From Candidatus Latescibacterota bacterium (GTDB lineage: Bacteria; Latescibacterota; UBA2968; GCA-2709665): a stretch of 64,000 nucleotides of DNA. The translations under genes and the position numbers were made by a program. Location of the stretch: positions 3,264,001 through 3,328,000 of the forward strand of contig OZ250150.1 of assembly GCA_965237675.1 (NCBI GenBank), given 5' to 3'. Under the pieces are notes generated by a model. The model saw only the letters and a list, made by a program, of their open reading frames with translations, did not search any database and was not told where the DNA came from. Positions 28,958 through 38,991 of this stretch are shown here, piece by piece (the first letter of the stretch is position 1; every line of letters starts with the position of its first letter).

Positions 28958-30031
28958 ATGCGTATCGAGCGCATTGAGACGATTTCGCTCACCTGTTTCT
29001 GGGGGCCGTCCGAGAGGGGCGTCAAGCGGACCTGGCCCCTTCATCTTGTCCGGGCGGATAACGGGCTCGTGGGCATTGGCAGGGGTGGAAGCGCTGAATT
29101 GATCGAGCGTGAGTTCGCGCCGCTGCTTGTGGGTGAAGATCCTCGTCGACCGGCCAGGCTCTGGCAGCGGATGTACGATCACGCGTGGCGCTTTCGCGGC
29201 CCCGGCCGGGCCGCGATGGGCACGATCGGCGCGCTGGACGTGGCGCTCTGGGACTTATATGGCAAGGCGTGCGGCGAACCGGTCTGGCGGATGCTGGGCG
29301 GGTTCAGGAACCGGGTGGCCGCGTATGCGGACGGGATCGGCTATGAACATCAGAACGCCGAGGAAGTTGCCGCCCTGGTCAGAAAACACGCGGATCTGGG
29401 ATTCAAGGCCGTGAAGTTCCATCTGTCGGATGACGATCGCGAACTCGCGTTTGACAAAGTCAGATTGTCGCGCGAGGCCTTGGGCGACGGCCCGAGGTTG
29501 ATGATCGACATACACAGGATGTGGGAAGGAAAAACGGCGGCGGAGATGGCGCGCCGGTTTGAGCCCTACGGCTTGTTCTGGATTGAAGAACCCGTTCGAG
29601 GCGACGACGAAGCGGCGCATATGAGGATGGTGCGCGAGGCCACGGACGTGTTGGTCGCCGGCGGTGAGAGCGAGGGCACGTTGTATGGCATTCGGCATTT
29701 AATCGTCGATGGCGGGCTGCAGGTGGTTCAATCGGACATTATCGGCGGCGGCGGGTTCACGGGTCTGATGCGGATGGCGGCGCTGGCCGAGGCACATCAC
29801 GTTTATGTCGCGCCGCACGGGGCCTCCTTTCCGGAGATCAACTGCCACCTGATTGCCGCGGCGCCCAACGGGCTGATGGTTTCCGCATGCCCGCACACCG
29901 AGCCGTACCAGATCTGGTCGGACCTTTACGATCCCCCTTTCCAAATCGTTGACGGCGAGATCCACATGGGAGACGAACCCGGCCTCGGGCTGACGCTCAA
30001 CGAAGACTTCATCGCGGCGCATCGCACGTGA
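28958..30031 (+). CDS. Mandelate racemase/muconate lactonizing enzyme family protein
   Basis: ALDVALWDL.GK...PVW.MLGG, KxK (KAVK), WIEEP, GE, PGLG. Confidence 0.9.
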   Translation: MRIERIETISLTCFWGPSERGVKRTWPLHLVRADNGLVGIGRGGSAELIEREFAPLLVGEDPRRPARLWQRMYDHAWRFRGPGRAAMGTIGALDVALWDLYGKACGEPVWRMLGGFRNRVAAYADGIGYEHQNAEEVAALVRKHADLGFKAVKFHLSDDDRELAFDKVRLSREALGDGPRLMIDIHRMWEGKTAAEMARRFEPYGLFWIEEPVRGDDEAAHMRMVREATDVLVAGGESEGTLYGIRHLIVDGGLQVVQSDIIGGGGFTGLMRMAALAEAHHVYVAPHGASFPEINCHLIAAAPNGLMVSACPHTEPYQIWSDLYDPPFQIVDGEIHMGDEPGLGLTLNEDFIAAHRT

Positions 30032-30224
30032 CGATAAGGACGCGAGTACGTCATATCGCGGGGATACACTACAACAGGCGGCTCAAGATGTTTTGTCTTG
30101 CATATTTCAAAGTCAGACAATCGATGTCGTTTTAGAAGTGAGAGGTTTGCAAGGTTGAGATTTCGGATTGGGATTGCCAATACATCCTGCGACGTTGGGC
30201 GCCCTGAACGAGTTTCTGTTCGCG

Positions 30225-30350
30225 TTGTGCGGACCGAGAAGCAGGATCGCCGCGGTAATAGTCAATCGGACAGAGATACTGAATCGCCCAACCTGGTCAC
30301 AGGTGGTTATAATACCTTTGCCATTGTCGCATAGAAGGCGGCGGCGCGTG
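30225..30350 (+). pseudogene. Possible degenerate MazF/PemK toxin remnant
   Basis: Two frames read 'TEKQDRR' then 'AVIVNRTEILNRPTWSQVVIIPL', resembling MazF 'SEQxGxRPxVIVS...N......VIVVPL'. No clear start codon. Confidence 0.3.
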
Positions 30351-30378
30351 GCAAGTATTGTGGGGCTGAGATAGACCG

Positions 30379-30570
30379 ATGAAGGTGAGAGAATTCATTC
30401 GGGTAATCGGGGATGATGGATGGTCCGTTGCCAAGTCGTGAGGCAATCACCGGTTGTACAAGAATCCGCGGAAGAAAGGTCGGGTGACATTACCTGGAAA
30501 GCCAATGAAGACTTGGGCGCCGACAATCGGAACAGTATCCTGAAGCAGTCGCAGCGTTCCAAAACGAGGA
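30379..30570 (+). pseudogene. hicA: hicA toxin pseudogene (in-frame stop plus frameshift)
   Basis: MKVREFIRVIGDDGWSVAKS*GNHRLYKNPRKKGRVTLPG then a frameshift to NEDLGADNRNSILKQ; TGA at 30439-30441; directly upstream of hicB. Confidence 0.85.
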
Positions 30571-30575
30571 AGGAC

Positions 30576-30791
30576 ATGAACAGGTACTTAATTGTCATCG
30601 AAGTAACGGAAACCGGATTTTCGGCATATTCTCCCGATCTCCCCGGATGCGTGTCCACCGGCGCCACACGGCAGGAAGTGGGAGCGAACATGAAGGAGGC
30701 AATCGAATTTCACCTCGATGGGTTGAAACAAGAGCACTATCCGATTCCGGAACCAACCGCGGAGTCGGTCTACCTTGAGGTACCAACATAA
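30576..30791 (+). CDS. hicB: HicB family antitoxin
   Basis: YLIVIE...FSAYSPDLPGCVSTGAT..E...NMKEAIEFHL...IPEP. Confidence 0.92.
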   Translation: MNRYLIVIEVTETGFSAYSPDLPGCVSTGATRQEVGANMKEAIEFHLDGLKQEHYPIPEPTAESVYLEVPT

Positions 30792-30966
30792 GCACTGATG
30801 CGTCGATATTCCACCCGACGTCCATTACAATAATGCGTAACACCCGCGAAGCGCAACGAGGTTAGATAAGCCATGATAGGATTCGAGCATGTTTGCCCGT
30901 TCGGAAATTTGACAATCGCCGGTGGTGGTCTTTGTCTGAGCTGGAGTTGCAAGGAGGGTATCAAGA

Positions 30967-31167
30967 ATGGCAAATATAACTGAAATACAGCATGCAATCA
31001 TGGCGCTCCCTGAATCTGATTATCGTGAATTCAGACAATGGTTTAGCGAGTTGGACTGGAAGAAGTGGGACCGGCAGATCGAAGCGGATTCAAAAGAGGG
31101 CAGATTGGATTTCCTGATTTCAGAAGCCCTCGATGAGAAAGAAAAGGGTCGGCTCAAGGAACTGTAG
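30967..31167 (+). CDS. Small putative antitoxin
   Basis: 66 aa with 'WDRQIEADSKEGRLDFL', a family usually found before ParE/RelE-like toxins; GGAGG RBS; abuts the next gene. Confidence 0.7.
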   Translation: MANITEIQHAIMALPESDYREFRQWFSELDWKKWDRQIEADSKEGRLDFLISEALDEKEKGRLKEL

Positions 31168-31422
31168 ATGCATCGAACAACACCCCGCTTCTGGATCCAA
31201 TTTGAGCGACTTCCGGAATCCGTGCAAAGGGTTGCAAGACGCAATTTTCGCCTACTTGAATCGGACCCAAGACATCCGTCTCTTCGTTTCCGAAAAGTCG
31301 GACGGTTCTGGTCCGTCCGCACGGGTCATGCTCACCGAGCGCTTGCAGTCGAAGATGGCGGAGTCTTTATCTGGATCTGGATTGGTAGCCACGACGAATA
31401 TGAGCGGCTGGTCGGGGGTTGA
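31168..31422 (+). CDS. ParE/RelE-like toxin
   Basis: RFW..FE.LP..VQ..A...F.LL..DPRHPSL.F.KV...WSVR....RAL......WIGSHDEY. Confidence 0.8.
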   Translation: MHRTTPRFWIQFERLPESVQRVARRNFRLLESDPRHPSLRFRKVGRFWSVRTGHAHRALAVEDGGVFIWIWIGSHDEYERLVGG

Positions 31423-31537
31423 ACCGACCTCGGACGGATTAACGGCGAGCGCCGACCCATATGGAAATCGGATTGACCAGATCCACGGCGTTTTGGATTC
31501 TTTAAACGCCATTTCAATGTCTTCGGAGCCGCAACGC

Positions 31538-32104
31538 ATGAGCAGGCCAGGTCAGTTGGAACGCGCCGAACTGAATGAGGAGCAGGCGCGTATCTACGAC
31601 GCCATCCTCGAATCCAGGGGCAGCATCGCCGGGCCTTTCGGAATCTGGCTGCACAGCCCCGAGTTGGCCGACCGCGCCCAGAGTCTGGGTGAATTCGTGA
31701 GGTACCGCACCAGTCTCGCGCCCAGACTCAGTGAACTGGCGATCCTTGTCACCGCGAGATTCTGGGATTGTCAGGTGGAGTGGTCCCTGCATGAACCCTT
31801 CGCTATCGAGAGCGGTTTGAGCGAGGATATCATCGACGCGGTCCGGCACGGACGGGATCCCGATTTCGGTGAAGCCGCCGAACGCGCCGTTTTCGACTAC
31901 GTCAGCGAATTGCTCCACAATCGGTTTGTCCCGGATGGCGCATTCAACGCCGCCCAGGAAGCGTTGGGCAAGACCGGCGTTGTGGAGCTGACGGGGATTG
32001 CCGGCTATTATAGCATGGTGGCACAGACACTGAATGCGTTTCAGGTCCCCATTCCCGATGGTTGCGTACCGACGCTTGTTGACTGCCCCACCTTCGAACC
32101 TTAA
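31538..32104 (+). CDS. Carboxymuconolactone decarboxylase (AhpD-like) family protein
   Basis: GPF..WLHSPELA, ELAILVTAR......EW..H, VELTGIAGYY. Start reassigned to 31538 (GGAG RBS). Confidence 0.87.
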   Translation: MSRPGQLERAELNEEQARIYDAILESRGSIAGPFGIWLHSPELADRAQSLGEFVRYRTSLAPRLSELAILVTARFWDCQVEWSLHEPFAIESGLSEDIIDAVRHGRDPDFGEAAERAVFDYVSELLHNRFVPDGAFNAAQEALGKTGVVELTGIAGYYSMVAQTLNAFQVPIPDGCVPTLVDCPTFEP

Positions 32105-32214
32105 CGGCACGACGTGGGCAACGGCGGGCCCGGAACCGGATACCGATACATTCGATTCGATGCATACCGGGGTATTGCGCCACGCGTAAGCATCTGGAAA
32201 TCTGCACCTTCCGT

Positions 32215-33429
32215 ATGGATTCAAAACGGCACATCAAAACCCCCAACCTCCGCCCGCGGCTTCGCGCAGCGGGGTTGGTGCTGCCGCTGATGGCTTTCAT
32301 TGGTTTCACTTTCGCGGCGCCGCTTGCGACGATGCTGGTGCGGAGCGTCTACGACCCGGTTGTCGCGGACGCCTTGCCTCAGACCCTTGAGCTGTTGAGA
32401 CAATGGGACGGGGAGGGCGTTCCCTCCGAAGCAGTCTACGAATCAACCGCGCGCGAACTTCTGAAAGCGCGGGAGAAACGGACCCTTGGGCAGATCGCCA
32501 GCCGTGTCAACCGGATCCGCGGCGGGCTGCGCAGCGTGTTGATGCGTAGCGCCCGGCGCCTGCGCCGCATCGATGGCAGGCCCTGGCGGGACGCCATGAT
32601 CGGCATTAACCCCGCCTGGGGCGACGCGAGGACCTGGCACGCCATCCGAAGCGCAGGGCAGCGATACACCGTACGGCACTATCTCAACGCCCTCGACCTG
32701 CAGAGCCGTCACGACGGCGCCATCGCGCGCCAACCCGAAGAGCGCCGCATCTACATTCCCCTGCTGTGGCGGACCCTCTGGGTGAGCCTGAGCATCATGG
32801 CTTTGTGTCTGCTGCTCGGCTATCCTATTGCCCACCTGATCGCGTACGCGCCCGCCCGTCTTGGCAACCTGCTCCTGATTCTTGTACTGGTCCCCTTCTG
32901 GACGTCGCTGCTTGTGCGAACCATGTCCTGGATCGTGTTGCTGCAGACCCAGGGTGTCATCAACGATACACTTGTGGCTCTGGGTTTGATCGGGGACGAC
33001 GGCCGTTTGGCGATGATCTACAATATGACCGGCACATTGGTGGCGATGACCCATGTGCTGCTTCCCTTTATGATTCTGCCCCTCTACTCCGTCATGCGGT
33101 CCATCCCGCCGATCCAGATGAGCGCCGCAACGTCGTTGGGGGCAAGTCCCTTTCAGGCTTTCTGGCGGGTCTACTGGCCGCAGACCCTGTCCGGCGTGAG
33201 CGCCGGATCGCTGTTGGTATTCATCCTCGCCATCGGTTACTACATCACTCCTGCGCTGGTGGGAGGCAGCAGGGGTCAGCTCATTTCCAACATGATCGCC
33301 TATCACATGCAGACTTCGCTCAACTGGGGTCTCGCCGCGGCGCTCGGCGGCATCCTGCTTGCGTGCGTAGGCGTGCTATACATGCTTTACGACCGATTGG
33401 TGGGCATTGAGCGAATGAGGTTGGGCTGA
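32215..33429 (+). CDS. ABC transporter permease, PotB-like, with large N-terminal loop
   Basis: LLLGYPIA, LVPFWTSLLVR, HVLLPFMILPLY, EAA-like loop AATSLGA. Confidence 0.9.
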   Translation: MDSKRHIKTPNLRPRLRAAGLVLPLMAFIGFTFAAPLATMLVRSVYDPVVADALPQTLELLRQWDGEGVPSEAVYESTARELLKAREKRTLGQIASRVNRIRGGLRSVLMRSARRLRRIDGRPWRDAMIGINPAWGDARTWHAIRSAGQRYTVRHYLNALDLQSRHDGAIARQPEERRIYIPLLWRTLWVSLSIMALCLLLGYPIAHLIAYAPARLGNLLLILVLVPFWTSLLVRTMSWIVLLQTQGVINDTLVALGLIGDDGRLAMIYNMTGTLVAMTHVLLPFMILPLYSVMRSIPPIQMSAATSLGASPFQAFWRVYWPQTLSGVSAGSLLVFILAIGYYITPALVGGSRGQLISNMIAYHMQTSLNWGLAAALGGILLACVGVLYMLYDRLVGIERMRLG

Positions 33430-33430
33430 G

Positions 33431-34255
33431 ATGGCGACCCCGGGAAGACAGGAACGCGTCGGCCGCTTTCTCTATCTGGCATTCTGTGCGCTCGTGTTCT
33501 CGTTCCTCGTTGCGCCGATCCTTGTCATCGTGCCGCTGAGCTTCAACGCCGAGCCCTACTTCACCTTTACAGAGGGCATGCTGCGTCTGGATGCGGAGGC
33601 GTATTCGTTGCGCTGGTACCGGCAGATTGTCGAAAACGAGGTATGGACACGCGCGCTCGTCAACAGCCTCATCATCGGTGTCGCGTCCACGGCGCTGGCG
33701 ACGGCGCTCGGCACGCTCGCCGCGATGGGACTTTGCAGCCCGGTCATGCCCGGGCGCCGCCTGGTGATGGGGTTGCTGATCTCGCCAATGGTGACTCCTG
33801 TGATAATCTCCGCGGCGGGCATGTTTTTCTTCTACTCGAACCTGGGCTTGGCCCAGACCCACGTCGGTCTGATCCTGGCGCACGCCGCGCTCGGCACGCC
33901 GTTTGTCGTGATTACGGTGACCGCCACGCTGTCCGCGTTCGATACGAACCTGACGCGCGCCGCCGCAAGTCTTGGCGCGGGGCCGCTGCGTGTCTTTCGA
34001 CGCGTACAACTACCGCTGATCGCGCCCGGCGTGATCTCGGGGGCGCTCTTCGCCTTTGCAACATCTTTCGATGAAGTGGTTGTGGTGCTTTTCATGGCTG
34101 CTATCGAACAACGCACGATTCCGCGCCAGATGTGGTCCGGCATCCGTGAGCAGATCAGCCCCACCATCCTTGCGGTGGCGACTTTCCTGATTGTCTTTGC
34201 CGTCCTGCTGCTTTTTGCCGTTGAATGGATGCGGAGGCGTTTCGCTTCGAGATAA
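33431..34255 (+). CDS. ABC transporter permease, PotC-like
   Basis: SLRWY, AAASLGA, SFDEVV. Confidence 0.9.
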   Translation: MATPGRQERVGRFLYLAFCALVFSFLVAPILVIVPLSFNAEPYFTFTEGMLRLDAEAYSLRWYRQIVENEVWTRALVNSLIIGVASTALATALGTLAAMGLCSPVMPGRRLVMGLLISPMVTPVIISAAGMFFFYSNLGLAQTHVGLILAHAALGTPFVVITVTATLSAFDTNLTRAAASLGAGPLRVFRRVQLPLIAPGVISGALFAFATSFDEVVVVLFMAAIEQRTIPRQMWSGIREQISPTILAVATFLIVFAVLLLFAVEWMRRRFASR

Positions 34256-34346
34256 GCCGCCGGCGAAACCCGCAGGTCGCGGCATAAGTCTGCATTTACA
34301 CCAACAATAAACCGATCAACCGAACAGAGGATCCAAAGGCCGCCCA

Positions 34347-35456
34347 ATGCACGAAAACGACAACGCGTACGTCGAGTTCGAAGGGGTAAGCAAGAGTTTC
34401 GACGGCCGGAACCTGGTCGTCGACCACCTCGATCTCAGCGTCCGGAAAGGGGAGTTCCTGACCTTGCTCGGGCCGTCCGGATCGGGCAAGACCACCTGCC
34501 TGATGATGCTCGCCGGATTCGAAACGCCCTCCTCGGGCGCGATCCGTATCGACGGTCGTTCCGTACATGCGCTGCCGCCACGCAAGCGCGGCATTGGCAT
34601 GGTCTTTCAGAATTACGCGCTTTTCCCCCACATGACGGTTGGCCGCAACCTTGCCTTTCCACTGGAGGTGCGCGGGATGGACCCGAAGCAATGCAGGGAA
34701 CGCGTGGCACGAGCGCTGCACCTGGTGCGGCTCGACGGCCTCGAGGAACGGCGGCCCGCCCAACTCTCCGGGGGCCAGCAGCAGCGCGTGGCGATCGCGC
34801 GCGCGCTGGTCTTCGAGCCCGATCTGGTGCTGATGGACGAGCCGCTCGGCGCGCTTGACCGGCGCCTCAGGGAGGAAATGCAGTACGAAATCCGGCGTAT
34901 TCACAAGAGCCTGGGCGTCACCGTGGTGTACGTAACGCACGATCAGGAAGAGGCGATGGTCATGTCGGACCGGATCGCCGTGCTTCGGGGCGGAGACATC
35001 GAACAGGTGGCCGAACCCGAGGTCCTCTACGAAGAGCCGGAGCGCTCGTTCGTCGCCCGCTTCATCGGCGAAAACAATCGCCTGCACGGCCGTGTGGCGA
35101 AAGTGGACGGGGACATCTGCGAGGTCGAGACGGGCGGTCAGGTCATCAGTGCCCTTCGCGTTGCGCCGTGCGGTTCGGGCGACGCCACGACGCTTTCGAT
35201 CCGACCGGAGCGGGTCGCGATCTCGCCTGAGCCCGGCCTTTACACGAACGAACTCGACGCGATAATTGAGGATATCACTTTTCTGGGCGACCATCTGCGG
35301 GTTCGCGTTAGCGTCTGCGGCCGTTCGGATTTTATCGCGAAAATACCAAATATCGTGGGGCACGGCGCGATGCTGGCGGGTGACCAGGTTCGGATCGGAT
35401 GGACGCCCACGGACTGCCGCTTGCTGGACCCGGATGACGAGGCAGAGACGATATGA
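34347..35456 (+). CDS. ABC transporter ATP-binding protein, PotA-like (TOBE domain)
   Basis: [25 protein letters not shown]. Confidence 0.93.
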   Translation: MHENDNAYVEFEGVSKSFDGRNLVVDHLDLSVRKGEFLTLLGPSGSGKTTCLMMLAGFETPSSGAIRIDGRSVHALPPRKRGIGMVFQNYALFPHMTVGRNLAFPLEVRGMDPKQCRERVARALHLVRLDGLEERRPAQLSGGQQQRVAIARALVFEPDLVLMDEPLGALDRRLREEMQYEIRRIHKSLGVTVVYVTHDQEEAMVMSDRIAVLRGGDIEQVAEPEVLYEEPERSFVARFIGENNRLHGRVAKVDGDICEVETGGQVISALRVAPCGSGDATTLSIRPERVAISPEPGLYTNELDAIIEDITFLGDHLRVRVSVCGRSDFIAKIPNIVGHGAMLAGDQVRIGWTPTDCRLLDPDDEAETI

Positions 35457-36553
35457 AAGACGTTGGGAGGAACGTCGTCCGTATCGCGAGGCTGGTGGGA
35501 CTGTCCATGCTGATCGCGGGCGCCGCCGTTGCCCGTGACCGTCCGCTGACCGTGGTTTCGTGGGGCGGGTCCTGCGCCCGCGCGTGCGTTAAGGGATACC
35601 ACGAGCGGTTTACCGCCGATACGGGCATTGCGATCAACCTGGAAGACTTTAACGGCGGCCTGGCGCAGGTCCGTGCGCAGGTGGACGTGGGAAACGTATA
35701 CTGGGACGTGGTGGACCTGGAGATTGCCGACCTGGTGCGCGGCTGCGACGAGGGCCTGCTGGAGCCCATTTCGGTGGGATCACTACTCGCCGGGGCAGAC
35801 GGAACGCCCGCTGCGGAAGACTTCCTCCCCGGTACGGTAACGGAATGCGGCGCGACGACACTGTTCAGTTCCACCATATTCGCCTACAACAGGCAGCATA
35901 TTCCCGGCGAGAAACCCGCCACCATCGTCGACTTCTTCGATCTACAGCAATTTCCGGGACGCCGTGGCATGCGGCGTTCGCCCCTCGTGAACCTTGAGTT
36001 CGCCCTGATGGCAGACGGCGTGCCCATTGACTCGGTCTACGCCACGCTCGATACGCCGGAAGGTGTGGACCGCGCCTTCCGCAAGCTGGACACCATCAAG
36101 GAACACATCGTATGGTGGGAGGCCGGGGCGCAGCCGCCGCAGATGCTGGCCGACGGAGAGGTCGTGATGACAACGGCCTACAATGGACGTATCTTCAATG
36201 CCCAGGTGTTGGAGAATCAGCCCTTCGTCATCGTGTGGGACGGCCAGTTCTTCAGCACGAGCGGGCTCGCGGTTGTCGCGGGAACCCCCAATCTCGATGC
36301 CGCAATGAAGTTTGTGAATTTCGCCGCCCGCGCGGAGTCCATGGCCGGCGTGGGCCGATATATCGCCTACAGCCCGGCGCGCCGTTCCGCGATGCCGCTG
36401 ATTTCAACGCATGCTGAAAAGGGCGTGGATATGAACCCTCACATGCCCACCAGCCCACAGAATATGAAGCGCGCGCTGCGCAGCAACTGGGAATGGTGGA
36501 GCGATCACCTGGACGAAATGAATGAACGCTTCAGCGCCTGGCTGGCGCGCTGA
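35453..36553 (+). CDS. ABC transporter substrate-binding protein, PotD/PotF-like (copy 1)
   Basis: Signal peptide, VVSWGG, DFFDL..FPGRR, AYNGR. Confidence 0.9.
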   Translation: MKDVGRNVVRIARLVGLSMLIAGAAVARDRPLTVVSWGGSCARACVKGYHERFTADTGIAINLEDFNGGLAQVRAQVDVGNVYWDVVDLEIADLVRGCDEGLLEPISVGSLLAGADGTPAAEDFLPGTVTECGATTLFSSTIFAYNRQHIPGEKPATIVDFFDLQQFPGRRGMRRSPLVNLEFALMADGVPIDSVYATLDTPEGVDRAFRKLDTIKEHIVWWEAGAQPPQMLADGEVVMTTAYNGRIFNAQVLENQPFVIVWDGQFFSTSGLAVVAGTPNLDAAMKFVNFAARAESMAGVGRYIAYSPARRSAMPLISTHAEKGVDMNPHMPTSPQNMKRALRSNWEWWSDHLDEMNERFSAWLAR

Positions 36554-36615
36554 CGGAAGCTTGTGGCTCTTGAGAGATAGCCCTGTGCGGAACCGGATGA
36601 CGAGGAGGAAACAAC

Positions 36616-37716
36616 ATGAAGGACTTTCGTAGGAGGTTCGTTCGCATCACGTCGTTGGTGGGACTGTCCGTGCTGATCGCGGGCGCCGCCGTTGCCGGCG
36701 ACCGGCCGTTGACGGTGGTTTCATGGGGCGGGTCCTACGCGCGTGCGTGCGTCAAGGGTTACCACGAGCGTTTCACCGCCGAAACGGGCATCGCCATCAA
36801 CCTCGAAGACTACAATGGCGGTCTGGCGCAGATTCGCGCGCAGGTGGACGTGGGCAACGTTTATTGGGACGTGGTCGACCTGGAGATCCCCGACATGGTG
36901 CGCGGTTGCGACGAGGGTCTGCTGGAACCCATCGCGGTGGATTCGCTGCCGGCAGGAGCCGACGGAACCCCGGCGGCAGAGGATTTTGTCTCCGGAACGG
37001 TGACGGACTGTGGACCGGCCACGATATTCTACTCCACCGTCTACGCGTACAACAAGAAGCATATCCAGGGCGAAGAACCCGCCACCATCGCCGACTTCTT
37101 CGATATGAAAAAATTCCCTGGGCGACGGGGCATGCGGCGTTCGCCGCTGGTGAACCTGGAGTTCGCCCTGCTCGCCGACGGCGTGCCGATCGATTCCGTT
37201 TACGCCATCCTTGGCACACCTGACGGCGTGGACCGCGCCTTCCGCAAGCTGGATACCATCAAGGGCCACATTGTGTGGTGGGAGGCCGGGGCGCAGCCGC
37301 CGCAGATGCTGGCGGACGGCGAGGTGGTGATGAGCACGGCCTACAACGGGCGCATCTTCAACGCGCAGGTGCTGGAAAACCAGCCCTTTGTGGTGGTGTG
37401 GGACGGCCAGATTCTGGACACGAGCGGGCTGGGCGTTGTCGCGGGCACCCCCAATCTCGAGGCCGCTCTGAAGTTCGTCAAGTTCGCCGCGACCGCGCAG
37501 GCCATGGCCGGCGTGGCGCGGCACATCTCCTACAGCCCGACCCGACACTCCGGGATGCCGCTGATTTCTACGCACGCCGAGAAGGGCGTGGATATGAATC
37601 CGCACATGCCCATCAGCCCGCAGAACGCGAAGCGCGCCCTTCGCAACAACTGGGAATGGTGGAGCGACCACCTGGACGAAATGAACGAGCGCTTCAGCGC
37701 CTGGCTGGCGCGCTGA
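36616..37716 (+). CDS. ABC transporter substrate-binding protein, PotD/PotF-like (copy 2, tandem paralogue)
   Basis: Same length (366 aa) and highly similar to copy 1. Confidence 0.9.
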   Translation: MKDFRRRFVRITSLVGLSVLIAGAAVAGDRPLTVVSWGGSYARACVKGYHERFTAETGIAINLEDYNGGLAQIRAQVDVGNVYWDVVDLEIPDMVRGCDEGLLEPIAVDSLPAGADGTPAAEDFVSGTVTDCGPATIFYSTVYAYNKKHIQGEEPATIADFFDMKKFPGRRGMRRSPLVNLEFALLADGVPIDSVYAILGTPDGVDRAFRKLDTIKGHIVWWEAGAQPPQMLADGEVVMSTAYNGRIFNAQVLENQPFVVVWDGQILDTSGLGVVAGTPNLEAALKFVKFAATAQAMAGVARHISYSPTRHSGMPLISTHAEKGVDMNPHMPISPQNAKRALRNNWEWWSDHLDEMNERFSAWLAR

Positions 37717-37787
37717 AATGGCACGATGTTTGCAGAGACCTTTTCGGCGACATTAAACATGGTGCTGGACTAGCCGAAAGGAGATAC

Positions 37788-38177
37788 ATGATGGGCGCGA
37801 CCTATGTAGACGTAACTATCCGAAATCCGGCCGATCTGCAGCGAAGCTGGACCGGCGCATTCCTGGTGGACACCGGCGCGTTTGACTCGCTCGTACCCAG
37901 GGCTCGGTTGGAAGCCATCGGACTTAAGCCGAAAGGCCGCCGCGAGTACACCCTCGCAGATGGGACCATGATCAACCTGGAGATCACGACGGCCGACCTG
38001 GAATTCGAGGGAGAGGTCGTGGGCGGCACAATCGTAGTTGGCGAGGATGGCGCCGAACCGCTGCTTGGCGTAACGGCACTCGAGTCAGGTGGATTCGAGG
38101 TGGATCCGCGCAACCAGGAATTGAAACGGTTACCTGCGATTTTGTTGAAGTCTTTTGGCACCCGACAAAAGTTGTGA
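37788..38177 (+). CDS. Clan AA aspartic protease (AF_0612-like)
   Basis: FLVDTGA catalytic motif, LADG, PLLGVTALE; AAGGAG RBS before 37788. Confidence 0.87.
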   Translation: MMGATYVDVTIRNPADLQRSWTGAFLVDTGAFDSLVPRARLEAIGLKPKGRREYTLADGTMINLEITTADLEFEGEVVGGTIVVGEDGAEPLLGVTALESGGFEVDPRNQELKRLPAILLKSFGTRQKL

Positions 38178-38187
38178 GGAGACATCA

Positions 38188-38934
38188 ATGAGCCAGTCGC
38201 AATCAGCATTAGCGCGACATTCAAGGATAATGGTTCTCTTTTCTTTATTCGCGGCAATCTTGCTGATTGTCGCCTGTGATCGCGCTGGAGAGAATGGAAG
38301 CGGTCGTTCCAGGTCTTCTGAAGTAAGAACAGACACCGTTATCGTTCGAGACACCGTCGTAGTGGTCGACACCACGATCGTAGAAAAAGAGATCGTAAAG
38401 CGTGTTAGATCGGTCGATACATTATTGGTGGAAAAGGAGGTAGTAAGAAAAATCGAAGTGCCTGCGAAGGTTCCCGAGCATTATGTAAGAGCGTGGGAAA
38501 TTCAGATTGCCAAGTTGAGTGCAGCATTTGCTGACGAGAAAATGTGCTTCTCAGGGCTCAGCAGCCTGGCAGTCGACGTCGACATAAACGAACCGGCGAA
38601 GGAAATACTTTCGAAACAACGAGTTAAGGACAAGTTTGAGTTAACGCTCAGACGACACGGTGTGCCGTTGACCGATTTTTCCAATCCCTATCTCATTGTT
38701 GACGTTGACGCATTATGGAACGATTTCAATACGATTGTTACTTTCCATTTCCAAGTTACGCTCGCAGAGAGTTTAATTTTTTATAGAAACGATATGCCCT
38801 TCCAGCGCGTTGCGGGGCTGTGGGAGACGGGCGTATTTGGACGTGTTGGAAAGGACCTAGCGAGAGAGTCGTTTCTTAACGAAATCGAGGAGAAAGCAGA
38901 GCGAGTAGCGAATTTATACCTGTCAGCAAATTAG
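38188..38934 (+). CDS. Hypothetical lipoprotein
   Basis: Hydrophobic signal with lipobox IVAC; Val/Thr-rich repetitive stalk (DTV, DTV, DTT, DTL); GAGGAG RBS. Confidence 0.65.
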   Translation: MSQSQSALARHSRIMVLFSLFAAILLIVACDRAGENGSGRSRSSEVRTDTVIVRDTVVVVDTTIVEKEIVKRVRSVDTLLVEKEVVRKIEVPAKVPEHYVRAWEIQIAKLSAAFADEKMCFSGLSSLAVDVDINEPAKEILSKQRVKDKFELTLRRHGVPLTDFSNPYLIVDVDALWNDFNTIVTFHFQVTLAESLIFYRNDMPFQRVAGLWETGVFGRVGKDLARESFLNEIEEKAERVANLYLSAN

Positions 38935-38991
38935 ATTTGTCTGTTCAAACGTTTTCTTCGCATACGGATAATAAACAATGGACTGGCAATT

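Larger units (their letters stand above)
35430..37716 (+). repeat. Diverged tandem duplication, units at about 35430-36553 and 36593-37716
   Basis: CCGGATGACGAGG occurs exactly 23 nt before each ATG, followed by co-linear coding similarity to the identical end ...GCCTGGCTGGCGCGCTGA. Confidence 0.85.

Noticed and set aside
30439-30441. In-frame TGA in hicA as selenocysteine or programmed read-through
   Set aside because: The position corresponds to Arg/Lys in HicA, not Cys, and a separate frameshift follows, so simple decay is more likely.
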